Below are positions 47,673 to 56,055 of a DNA stretch of 64,000 nucleotides, piece after piece. A program made the position numbers and the translations under genes. The stretch is taken from IMG/VR virus record IMGVR_UViG_3300032007_000054, positions 1-64,000 of that record, one strand, 5' to 3'. The notes beneath the pieces were generated by a model. It ran no database searches. It had not been told where the DNA came from and saw only the letters and a list, made by a program, of their open reading frames with translations. Positions within the stretch are counted from its first letter, which is position 1, and each line of letters opens with the position of its first letter. The DNA comes from a virus (lineage: Duplodnaviria > Caudoviricetes).

Positions 47673-47757
47673 AAAGAAGTTAAAGCAGCGTGAGCTGTGA
47701 GTGGGCGACGGGTCTTGTCTGCCCGCCTGGAACGGTTCGATTCCGTTCAACTTCTTT
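47673..47757 (+). ncRNA. tRNA-like cloverleaf RNA
   Basis: 9-bp closing stem AAAGAAGTT/AACTTCTTT, GCAGC/GCTGT arm, GGGC(G)AC arm with 7-nt loop, GAACGG-TTCGATT-CCGTTC T-arm; TATAAT just upstream; no CCA. Confidence 0.55.
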
Positions 47758-47792
47758 TAAATTTTATTTTGGTTCTTATTGGAGGTATTGAA

Positions 47793-48023
47793 ATGAAAGT
47801 GTATGTTGTGCTCATGGGTAATTTTAATGAAGTATCGGGACTTATTTCGGAAATTTTTGACAACAAAGAAAAAGCTGTATCTTATCTAGAATCACTTGAT
47901 TGGAAACCGGATCCTCTTGGCTTTGAAGAAGATGATGACTGGGTAGAGGGTTATATATATAGTGATGATCATAGAAAATTTTACTATGATTGGGCAGAGA
48001 TTCGTGAATGGGAAGTTAAATAA
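47793..48023 (+). CDS. Small hypothetical protein
   Basis: GGAGG RBS; MKVYVV...IFDNKEKA. Confidence 0.7.
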   Translation: MKVYVVLMGNFNEVSGLISEIFDNKEKAVSYLESLDWKPDPLGFEEDDDWVEGYIYSDDHRKFYYDWAEIREWEVK

Positions 48024-48335
48024 TTCAAAATGGTTCTAAAAGCCTCGTATATACGAGGTTTATTGTTTTTTTATCGGAGGTATTGTATGAAAATGTATGA
48101 AGTTAAGATCAAAAATTTAGATGGATCTATAGAGTACAATCATTTTCAATCAAAAGAAGATGCTGTTAGATGGATGAAAAGCAGAGGATTTAAATATATA
48201 AGTACTAGCTGGACTGGATGGTTTGAAGAATGGGGAACAGATCATTTATATCCATTAGTTTCGTTATGGTTTCCTAATGAATAATTCAAAATTATTCTAA
48301 AAGCCTCATACTTACGAGGCTTATTGTTTTTTATT
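48021..48335 (+). repeat. Second intergenic repeat family (2 copies)
   Basis: TAATTCAAAAT..TTCTAAAAGCCTC.TA..TACGAGG.TTATTGTTTTTT at 48021 and 48282. Confidence 0.8.
48087..48284 (+). CDS. Small hypothetical protein
   Basis: GGAGG RBS; MKMYEVKI...FQSKEDA. Confidence 0.65.
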   Translation: MKMYEVKIKNLDGSIEYNHFQSKEDAVRWMKSRGFKYISTSWTGWFEEWGTDHLYPLVSLWFPNE

Positions 48336-48355
48336 GGTACTAAATGGAGGTGAAT

Positions 48356-48907
48356 ATGGTATATCGCAAGTTTTATAAAAATGAAAGTATTTTTCGTGAA
48401 CAGGCTGAATTGTGCATTGCTTTTTCTAAAGAACTTCAGAAGTTGTTGGCTGATGATTATGAAACAGTTGGTACAACATTTCATGGAAACCAAAGACCGC
48501 TTGTTGAAAATAAGAATACGAATAAATTTTGTCTTAATGACTATTATCTTGTTCCTTTAGGAACAAAAAAGGAGATCACTTACTACAGTAAGCCGAAGTG
48601 GTCTTTTCGTTTTTCAGATCATTGGAACTGGTATGAAAAGAGTAATCGGTGCGATGATACGGATTTTATTCAGTGCTTTAATGTCGATTTACCAAGAGTT
48701 GGTAAACGTTTCGTTTCTACAGATGTAAGGTCTGCGCCTTGTCAGGCTATTCAGGTAGCAATCTTCACTCATGATCATGTTAAAAAGCATCATGATGGTG
48801 AAGCATATCACTGTGTCTACGGATCTTATAAAAATAAGGATACCCATAGTTGGGAGTGGATGGAAAAAACTCCGCAGCAGGTCATCGAAGAGTATTATCT
48901 TGCGTAA
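48356..48907 (+). CDS. Hypothetical protein
   Basis: GGAGGTG RBS; aromatic-rich, RFSDHWNW motif. Confidence 0.7.
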   Translation: MVYRKFYKNESIFREQAELCIAFSKELQKLLADDYETVGTTFHGNQRPLVENKNTNKFCLNDYYLVPLGTKKEITYYSKPKWSFRFSDHWNWYEKSNRCDDTDFIQCFNVDLPRVGKRFVSTDVRSAPCQAIQVAIFTHDHVKKHHDGEAYHCVYGSYKNKDTHSWEWMEKTPQQVIEEYYLA

Positions 48908-48913
48908 TTCAAA

Positions 48914-49237
48914 ATGGAGGCCGGAATGAGATTCCGAATCGTTAAAAACAGAACAGATCCCTTCTATGGACGTCGAGCAAACTGGTACAATGTCAAGTTT
49001 ACTGAAGATATCCAAAAGGATCTTGAAAAAAACTATATAAAGGAAATACATAATAGAACTGGAAAGCAGGATATGGACATTATTAATTGTTATGAAAATG
49101 CCGGTCTTGCTCATGAGCTATATGCCTGCCTTGAAGAAGACGATGATGAGCGAATGCGTCAAGCCCTCCAGCGGCTGGCAGATGAAAAACTGAACCAGGT
49201 CGTTTCGATTCTGGTTGATCTTGGTTACACGTTTTGA
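48914..49237 (+). CDS. Hypothetical protein
   Basis: Open frame starting in TTCAAAATGG. Confidence 0.6.
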   Translation: MEAGMRFRIVKNRTDPFYGRRANWYNVKFTEDIQKDLEKNYIKEIHNRTGKQDMDIINCYENAGLAHELYACLEEDDDERMRQALQRLADEKLNQVVSILVDLGYTF

Positions 49238-49243
49238 TTCAAA

Positions 49244-50281
49244 ATGGAGAAAAAGATGAATAAAGTTGAAATGCATAAGAAGATTTGTGAAGAATTAAAC
49301 GACTTGTACGAACGCAAAAACGCCGATTACGGCGAAAGCTTTGCCGAACTCCGAAAGGAGTATCCGGAATCGATCTGTATCCGCCTTACAGATAAACTAA
49401 ACCGACTGAAAAAACTCACTTCTGCTGATCATGAACAGAATGTCAAGGATGAATCAGTTGAAGATACGCTGAAGGATATTGCAAATTATGCGATCATGGA
49501 ATTAGTGGAACGGAAAGGTACTGAAGATGAATCAATACTAAATGATAATATTATGTTGTTCTATGATGAAGTAACTCAACATTATTTTCAGGCAAATCAA
49601 AAACAGATTAATGCTGCGTTAACAAGTCTGTCCAAGATGATGGAAACTAATGGATATGTAACAATATCTGATTATTTGAGGCATATTGGTTTAGGCGAAT
49701 TTGACGATGATGATACATATAATCAATTAGGTTGGAATGAGAAATGGCCGGCATGCTTCGGATTTTCTACATCAGAAGGGTGTTTATGTGGAGAACCTGT
49801 AGTAAAAATAAAAGTAACGTACCCTTATACATTGGTTAATAAGTGGCAAAAATCCGTTGAACATTATGGCATTACAGGTCAAAAATGGGGTAAACGACAA
49901 AAAGAATATAAGTCAATTCTTATAGCTTTTTATAATTATGATATGAACAAACATATTCAAAATCTTCAGCTTGTGTATAACAATACCATAGAAGAACAAT
50001 ACGAATACCATAGTTATGACATTTCCGGACAATCTTGGAAAGATCAGGTATTTGAAATGGCGAAGTATATCTACACATTTCTGGATGGCGTGTATTCAGA
50101 CGACCATGGCGGATCAATGTTTGTTCCGGATATGCTTGGAAGGAATGCTCTTTGGATAGCTTTGGACGTTATAGATCATGAGAATCATGAAATCGAGTAT
50201 AACATGGCAGATCCTGAAGAATACGATCGGATCACTGAGTTTTATAAGATTTATAAGAAAGGAAGCAGGAATGAAAGATAG
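49244..50281 (+). CDS. Chimeric protein: DUF1599-like N-terminus, DUF6353-like middle, HYGxxGxKWG motif
   Basis: LYERKNADYGESF...RL.DKLNRL...DTL.DIANYAIM; FYDEVT..YF...GYVTISD...LGWN; VEHYGITGQKWGKR. Confidence 0.6.
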   Translation: MEKKMNKVEMHKKICEELNDLYERKNADYGESFAELRKEYPESICIRLTDKLNRLKKLTSADHEQNVKDESVEDTLKDIANYAIMELVERKGTEDESILNDNIMLFYDEVTQHYFQANQKQINAALTSLSKMMETNGYVTISDYLRHIGLGEFDDDDTYNQLGWNEKWPACFGFSTSEGCLCGEPVVKIKVTYPYTLVNKWQKSVEHYGITGQKWGKRQKEYKSILIAFYNYDMNKHIQNLQLVYNNTIEEQYEYHSYDISGQSWKDQVFEMAKYIYTFLDGVYSDDHGGSMFVPDMLGRNALWIALDVIDHENHEIEYNMADPEEYDRITEFYKIYKKGSRNER

Positions 50282-50501
50282 TTTGATAGATATAATGCCG
50301 AATAGAAAATCAAATAGCGGAGATCTTAGAACATTCATAACCTATTATTATGAATCAGATGAATATGATCGTGATCGAGAAGACGGTTTATATGTTATTG
50401 AAATTAAAGTATTTGATGGATCGAGAATCATTCGAAGAGAAAGAATCGTAACTGATAATTTACACATTTTTGAAGACACAAATCCAGATAAGGAAGCATA
50501 A
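50271..50501 (+). CDS. Hypothetical protein
   Basis: ATG 50271 overlapping upstream stop. Confidence 0.55.
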   Translation: MKDSLIDIMPNRKSNSGDLRTFITYYYESDEYDRDREDGLYVIEIKVFDGSRIIRRERIVTDNLHIFEDTNPDKEA

Positions 50502-50932
50502 TGAAAAATTTTGTTAAACGCATAATTACTTTTGTTCACGGTATCATTGCCGGTGTATTACTGTATAAATTCTTTACAAATTCGGTTTTACTAAATTATC
50601 TGAAGAAAGACTTTGAACGTAAACCGGTATATCGTGTCCGACCTTATTATACAGACTATTCTTTTTATAAAACACGATCCAACGATTTTGATATTTTTGA
50701 CTTTGGTTTTGGAACCAGATCTGATGCAGAGCAAGTATTAAATCAAATCAAAATGGAAATAGAAAAAAATGGATTATGTACTATTGGAAGATTAAAAGAG
50801 CTTTCCGGGATCGAATCGTTATGGTCTGATCAACATAAAGGATGGACAGAATTATCTGAAAATGTGCGTGTTAGTCGATGCCGTGATGGTAAATATTATA
50901 TTGAACTTCCGGATCCGGAAGAATTAGATTAA
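50501..50932 (+). CDS. Conserved phage protein, paralog of 56525-57112
   Basis: TRSDAE.V...TIG.L....GIES.W.D..GW..LS...RDGK.Y..LP. Confidence 0.7.
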   Translation: MKNFVKRIITFVHGIIAGVLLYKFFTNSVLLNYLKKDFERKPVYRVRPYYTDYSFYKTRSNDFDIFDFGFGTRSDAEQVLNQIKMEIEKNGLCTIGRLKELSGIESLWSDQHKGWTELSENVRVSRCRDGKYYIELPDPEELD

Positions 50933-50995
50933 TCATACGCAGATGACGATAAAGAATGATAAATTTGTATCGTAAAAAATTCCCGGAGGGAGAAA

Positions 50996-51247
50996 ATGGA
51001 GAAAATCTTTGAATTTCTGGCACCTCATGCCAATTTGTTGTTTTTCCTGCTCGGTGTACTGATCACAGTGATCATCTGGCTGATTATTCCGGCGAAGAAG
51101 CCGCATCCGATCGGGGACTTGTTCGTGATTCACTATCCGAATGGGTTTAAAGAGCTGTATCTTAGACTTGAGGATGATATTGATACGTTTGAAAACGATC
51201 CAAAAGTTTGTTTCAATGTACTAATCGATGATAGGACGGATGAATGA
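50996..51247 (+). CDS. Membrane-anchored hypothetical protein
   Basis: N-terminal TM helix; GGAGGGAG RBS. Confidence 0.65.
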   Translation: MEKIFEFLAPHANLLFFLLGVLITVIIWLIIPAKKPHPIGDLFVIHYPNGFKELYLRLEDDIDTFENDPKVCFNVLIDDRTDE

Positions 51248-51471
51248 GCGGTATTGGGTTTATTGAAGTGCATAGAGTTTTTGATAATAAAGAAATACTT
51301 ATCAATGTCGCATATATTACTGATGTTCTAAGCGAGATACCCTTTGCTCATGATAATATAAATGCGACTCTTATTGAGACCCTGGATAATCAAGTTTGGA
51401 GAGTTATTGAAACTTATGATGAAATCAAGGAATTGATTAGTCAAAGCAATAGGATCTTCAAAATGGAGTAA
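51244..51471 (+). CDS. Small hypothetical protein
   Basis: Overlapping start/stop with neighbour; FIEVH...ILINV..I..V pattern. Confidence 0.6.
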   Translation: MSGIGFIEVHRVFDNKEILINVAYITDVLSEIPFAHDNINATLIETLDNQVWRVIETYDEIKELISQSNRIFKME

Positions 51472-51546
51472 TCGCTAAATTTTCATTTCCTAAAATGGAG
51501 AGGCAAGGATGGCCTCTTTTTGTTTTTAAATTAGAAAGGAGTGAAA

Positions 51547-52014
51547 ATGGGAAAACCGAAGTTGAAAAATATGTCATTAGAAGAACTGGAAGAGCAGTTT
51601 GAAGATTTTGATGAAGAAATCGTCCAGGATGTTGAATTATGGGACGAAAAATATGTTGATAGCAGTGATATGCTGCTGAAGGAAATAAATGATCTTTCGA
51701 ATGGTGAAGAAAGATCAAGAGCGATTAAGGATTTGCAGATAATGGAGCAGATCACAAACGAACGGATCAAAGTTCGTAATGAAAATCGTAAAATGAAGCA
51801 AGAGCTGATCCTGAAAGAGGAAGAGCTCAAAAATCAGAAGAAAGCTAATCGATGGGGCATTTTAGCTCAAATCGGAGGAACGATTTTATCGTTCGTAGGC
51901 TATTCGATTCTGTTGCAGAGGCAGAATGAATTCGAAAGCGGAGACAGTTACTCGACAAATGGAAGTCGAGGATTGACTCAGAATATCTCTCACTTTGTTG
52001 GGAGAGGTAAATAG
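51547..52014 (+). CDS. Coiled-coil protein with C-terminal TM, in own promoter-terminator cassette
   Basis: Promoter 51472, hairpin, TTAGAAAGGAGT RBS; terminator AAGGCTATGA/TCATAGCCTT at 52023-52048. Confidence 0.7.
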   Translation: MGKPKLKNMSLEELEEQFEDFDEEIVQDVELWDEKYVDSSDMLLKEINDLSNGEERSRAIKDLQIMEQITNERIKVRNENRKMKQELILKEEELKNQKKANRWGILAQIGGTILSFVGYSILLQRQNEFESGDSYSTNGSRGLTQNISHFVGRGK

Positions 52015-52060
52015 TTGTAATCAAGGCTATGACTTTGTTCATAGCCTTTTATTTTTTATT

Positions 52061-52420
52061 ATGCGATATCACTATGAGGAACCGGAAGGTCTGGCAAAAC
52101 GCTATGGGCAGATCTATCGCTGTGATCACCCGATATATACCTGGTGCACATTATTTATAGTCGGAGAACGAGGACTGGCCGTGATCCGACAGTACTTTGA
52201 TTCTGAGAAAAAAGTGACTTATTGGAGAGAACTTGATCGAAATCTGACAGCAGATATTTATCTGAATGATGGGTTCGAAGAGTACTTTCAAAAACATGCA
52301 AAGCCTTGTAAGGACGGACTGTATCCTACAGTTACGGTCCGTCAGATCATGTGGGCACTGCGGATGAAGCCGCTGCCGAAAAAACGTTGGGAGACTGTCT
52401 TTGACAGAAAGGAGATCTAA
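52061..52420 (+). CDS. Conserved phage protein
   Basis: MRYHYEEP...CDHPIY..CTLF...RGLAVI. Confidence 0.65.
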   Translation: MRYHYEEPEGLAKRYGQIYRCDHPIYTWCTLFIVGERGLAVIRQYFDSEKKVTYWRELDRNLTADIYLNDGFEEYFQKHAKPCKDGLYPTVTVRQIMWALRMKPLPKKRWETVFDRKEI

Positions 52421-52638
52421 TGCCGAATGTAATCACGGAATGTGAAATCAAGCGTTCAACTATTGACCCGGCTGTTATGCTGATCAATGTCAAATATGAT
52501 AATGATTCAAAATGGAATCTGCTGCGTACATATTTTCCGAATGAACTGAGTTTTCATCCAGATGAGTTTGTCGGCCTGACAGATACAGATGCATTGAATT
52601 TCTGTTGGGAGCGGGATCTTGAGTTTCTCAGGAGTTAA
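52420..52638 (+). CDS. Small hypothetical protein
   Basis: AAGGAG RBS; coupled start/stop. Confidence 0.6.
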   Translation: MPNVITECEIKRSTIDPAVMLINVKYDNDSKWNLLRTYFPNELSFHPDEFVGLTDTDALNFCWERDLEFLRS

Positions 52639-52640
52639 GA

Positions 52641-53063
52641 ATGAAAGTATATGTATTACTGAATACTGATGATGAAATTGTAAACATTTTTGACAGTGTA
52701 GAAGCAGCGGATGAAACGATCAGTACCGATGCCTTTTTTGATGGATGGTACAAAGTAATTGATGTATATGGAGATATATATTACAAGAATGAGTGTTTGG
52801 GGCTCATGACCCTTAAGCCTTATGAACTTATAAATTTATCAGCAAAATCTGCAGATCAGAATCCAATGTCATGGGATGAACTTATGGTCTGGAAAGGAAA
52901 TCCGGTATGGATCGAAACCCCGAATAAGAAATACTGGACAATCGTTCTTAATTCCGGAAAGCTGGCTGATGGTTCAAAAATGTTTATGGATCATGAAGAG
53001 TTTTATCATGAAAAAGACAGGGGAAAAACCTGGGAGGCTTATAAGCAGAGAAGGAGTATATGA
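52641..53063 (+). CDS. Hypothetical protein
   Basis: AGGAG RBS; MKVYVL...IFDSVEAA. Confidence 0.65.
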   Translation: MKVYVLLNTDDEIVNIFDSVEAADETISTDAFFDGWYKVIDVYGDIYYKNECLGLMTLKPYELINLSAKSADQNPMSWDELMVWKGNPVWIETPNKKYWTIVLNSGKLADGSKMFMDHEEFYHEKDRGKTWEAYKQRRSI

Positions 53064-53383
53064 TGCACTTAAAACCAGAAGATACAATTATTGTGACCAG
53101 ACATCCGGGTATTGTGGAATGGCTGGAAAAACATTACAGTATTACCGGAACTGTAAAGCAGTCCGTAACAATCGAAGACATTAAAGGTAAACATATCATC
53201 GGGGAAGTCCCTGCTTATGGTGCACAGTATGCTTTTTGTGTTTCTGCAATCATCTGGCCGCATCCATGGAAAGAATATGGTACCGGAACACTAACCTATG
53301 AAGATGTAGTTGCAATGGAACCGGAGCTGTTCACTTATGTGGTCGTTCCGGTCGTTGACACAGATCCTACAGACTACTACTAA
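53060..53383 (+). CDS. Csx16 (Cas_VVA1548)-like protein, candidate ring nuclease
   Basis: IVTRHPGIVEWL...IEDIKGKHIIGEVP...GTLTYEDV.A...L.TY.V matches my recollection of the Csx16 family pattern. Confidence 0.65.
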   Translation: MMHLKPEDTIIVTRHPGIVEWLEKHYSITGTVKQSVTIEDIKGKHIIGEVPAYGAQYAFCVSAIIWPHPWKEYGTGTLTYEDVVAMEPELFTYVVVPVVDTDPTDYY

Positions 53384-53458
53384 AAATCGCAAAATTTTCA
53401 CCTCCTATAATGGAAGGACATAGAGGTCCTTTTGTGTTTTTTATTAAAAAGGAGGAAA

Positions 53459-53569
53459 ATGTTAGGTATAGTAGCATTGTTAGTGTTCGCCTATGTATGG
53501 GGCGATTTACGTGTTGCGCTGTTTATAGCGATTGGCTTCGCATTAGCGAAAGCCTTATTGAAGAAATAA
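53459..53569 (+). CDS. 36-aa hydrophobic peptide in own cassette
   Basis: Promoter 53387, AGGAGG RBS, MLGIVALLVFAYVWGDLRVALFIAIGFALAKALLKK, terminator 53578-53603. Confidence 0.65.
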   Translation: MLGIVALLVFAYVWGDLRVALFIAIGFALAKALLKK

Positions 53570-53627
53570 ATTAGTAAAAAGCCCGCATGGGCTTTTATTT
53601 TTTCAAAGACGGAAGGAAGGGAAACAA

Positions 53628-53993
53628 ATGAAAAAGTTATGGAGTAAGATAAAAAATCTGGCGAAGAAGTTCTGGGAGAAGCTTCAGGATGCATGCATCT
53701 GGATCGTCAAAATGGTGAAGAAACTGATCGAATGGTGCATGAATAATCAGGAGGTCGTATATTGCGGTGTATTTGCAGCATCATGCGCGAATACGATTTA
53801 TAAGAAATATCGCAAGACAAAGTCTGAAAAAGAGCTGGAATTTCATCGGAATAACCTTTATGACCGCAGTATGGGGCATTACTGGCAGCTGAGGCGCAGA
53901 CTTACCTCAGACGAAATGCGTGAATTGGAACAGCGGAAGTATTATGGCGAGAGCATGGGAGATATTCTGGAAAGTATGAAGGTGCTCGCATAG
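53628..53993 (+). CDS. Conserved phage protein
   Basis: YDRSMGHYW.LRR.L...E...GES.GDIL motif. Confidence 0.65.
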   Translation: MKKLWSKIKNLAKKFWEKLQDACIWIVKMVKKLIEWCMNNQEVVYCGVFAASCANTIYKKYRKTKSEKELEFHRNNLYDRSMGHYWQLRRRLTSDEMRELEQRKYYGESMGDILESMKVLA

Positions 53994-54002
53994 GAGGATT
54001 TA

Positions 54003-54812
54003 ATGAATATTGCTAGAGCAGGAAAGTTCGCTTTACAGTTTATAAGGCGAAACTCTCCGATCATTCTAAGCGTCGCTGCCGGAATCGGATTGGCAGCGCT
54101 TTATATTTTAACGATTAAAGAAACAGAAGAAGTTGTCCATGAAATCGAAGAAGCGCCGGAAGAGGAGGTCCATAGCTTCAAAATGGTGAAAAAAACTGTC
54201 AAAATCATGGCACCTTCTTTTGTTGTTTTACTGCTGACGATGTTCTGCATTGTACAGTCCTGCAGGATCTCGCAGCATCGAATACGGGACCTTACTCAGT
54301 ATTCAGCCATGCTGGCAGCAACTTTGAATCAGTATCGGCAGAAAAACCGGGAGATCATCGGACCGGATGGTTCTGAAAATAATGACAAATTTATAATGTA
54401 TGAAATCGCGTCTGAGAATATGCCGGATGAACTGCCTGATGATCCGGAAGATGGAATTCTGTGTGAATTAATTGGGTATCCGCATTATTTTAAAGTTCCA
54501 AAACTTGAAAATATATATGCCGGATTTTTAAATGCAAATGAATATATGGAAACCGGCTGGGGATCTGTAGAGTTATCCAAGTTATTCAGATGGATCAATG
54601 CAATCCACTATGATGAAAAAGGTCATCGCTGTGGTATGGATGTTAATTATCTGCATTACGGATGGGAAACACACGATCTGTCAGATTGCGAGAAAGTAAG
54701 CGGATTATATCCATATATTGGCCGTATAACAGAGGACAGCGGTTTAGTTGTATATCTGATCGACGTCCCGGCTCCAAAACCGCTGGACGTAAGTTGGGAA
54801 TATGGGATCTAA
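54003..54812 (+). CDS. DUF6353-like membrane-anchored protein
   Basis: SPIILSVAAGIG TM start; paralog of 55175 and 57137. Confidence 0.65.
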   Translation: MNIARAGKFALQFIRRNSPIILSVAAGIGLAALYILTIKETEEVVHEIEEAPEEEVHSFKMVKKTVKIMAPSFVVLLLTMFCIVQSCRISQHRIRDLTQYSAMLAATLNQYRQKNREIIGPDGSENNDKFIMYEIASENMPDELPDDPEDGILCELIGYPHYFKVPKLENIYAGFLNANEYMETGWGSVELSKLFRWINAIHYDEKGHRCGMDVNYLHYGWETHDLSDCEKVSGLYPYIGRITEDSGLVVYLIDVPAPKPLDVSWEYGI

Positions 54813-55152
54813 TTATTATTCTGTACGAAATTACCTGTACATTCCGAGAGATGTTCAGTGCGCTCTGGATATTCTGGAGATGTATAAAAAGAATGTTCTT
54901 GATAAGGAATTAACAAGTCATCCGTTAAGCTTTCAGCAGATGATGAATTTGTCCGAACAAAAAGTCGGTATTGACGAGTTAAAAGATTATCTGATCGACC
55001 GGGCCTATGAAGCGCCGATCCATATTCTGATCGCAAACTTTGTCTATAAGATGAATATGAATGCTGCTTTATCCGGTAATTCTCCTGAGTTGTACCGGCT
55101 GTATTGCAATATGCGCGATGCAGCTGAAGATGTAGAATTCCATTTTTTGTAA
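54802..55152 (+). CDS. Hypothetical protein
   Basis: Open frame overlapping upstream gene. Confidence 0.55.
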   Translation: MGSNYYSVRNYLYIPRDVQCALDILEMYKKNVLDKELTSHPLSFQQMMNLSEQKVGIDELKDYLIDRAYEAPIHILIANFVYKMNMNAALSGNSPELYRLYCNMRDAAEDVEFHFL

Positions 55153-55174
55153 AAACGAAAGGAAACAAATCAAA

Positions 55175-55960
55175 ATGGGAATTAATTTTATGAAGGATGC
55201 TGTGAAGGGCCTGTGTACCTTTGCCAAGGTAAATGCAGGTCCGATCTCGACAGTAGCGGTGATCCTTGGTATGGTCACCGCTTTTTCTTTAGCTGCCAAA
55301 GCAGGAAAGGAAGCGGCTGAAGATATTGAGGAAGCGAAGGAAGAGCTGGAGGTTGAGGAATTAACACTCGGCGAAAAAGTAAAGTTTACCTGGAAGCGGT
55401 TTTTACCGGCAGTGTTTGTGCTGCTGCTGACCATTACAAGCTTCGTATATACGACCCGGCAGATGGCAAAGCGATATGCTGCACTGTCGGCAGCTTATAG
55501 TTTGACTGAAAGTTATCTGAAAGATTACATGGATGCAACAAAAGAAGCTGCCGGTCAAAAGAAAGAGCAAACGATTCGTGATGCTGCAAATGTAAAACAG
55601 GCAAAAAAGTATCCGATCGAACGTGGTGTTATTGAAACCGGGTACGGTGATGATCTGTTTTTTGATGAAGTGATCACAACTAGATATTTCAGATCAACAC
55701 TGGATCACGTACAAGCAGCAGAAAAAGAGCTTGCCAGTATTTATCAGGCTGAAGATTCGATTACCATGGATGATTACACATTCCGGATGGGACTTGGTAC
55801 ACGATCAAATAACGGAAATAATCTTGGTTGGAAAAAATCAGGAAAGCTTGATGAAACAAATAAGTTCTTCCTGTATTATACAGCAGCGATCAGTGACAGC
55901 GGAGAACCGTATATCATTATCAGTCAGGGCCCAAACCGTATGACTGATCTTATGCGGTAG
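55175..55960 (+). CDS. DUF6353-like membrane-anchored protein
   Basis: TM start; ETGYGDDLFFD...RYFRS...LGW. Confidence 0.65.
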   Translation: MGINFMKDAVKGLCTFAKVNAGPISTVAVILGMVTAFSLAAKAGKEAAEDIEEAKEELEVEELTLGEKVKFTWKRFLPAVFVLLLTITSFVYTTRQMAKRYAALSAAYSLTESYLKDYMDATKEAAGQKKEQTIRDAANVKQAKKYPIERGVIETGYGDDLFFDEVITTRYFRSTLDHVQAAEKELASIYQAEDSITMDDYTFRMGLGTRSNNGNNLGWKKSGKLDETNKFFLYYTAAISDSGEPYIIISQGPNRMTDLMR

Positions 55961-56055
55961 ACTCGCGAAAAAAACATGGCCTTTAAAGAGAGACAAACAG
56001 TCTCTCTTTAATTTTGTTAGTTATTGTTATGTGTAAAAAAGAAAGGAAACAAATT

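Noticed and set aside
47673-47757. Canonical tRNA-Asp gene
   Set aside because: Lacks U33, the conserved D-loop GG and CCA, and has a bulged anticodon stem; kept only as a tRNA-like RNA.
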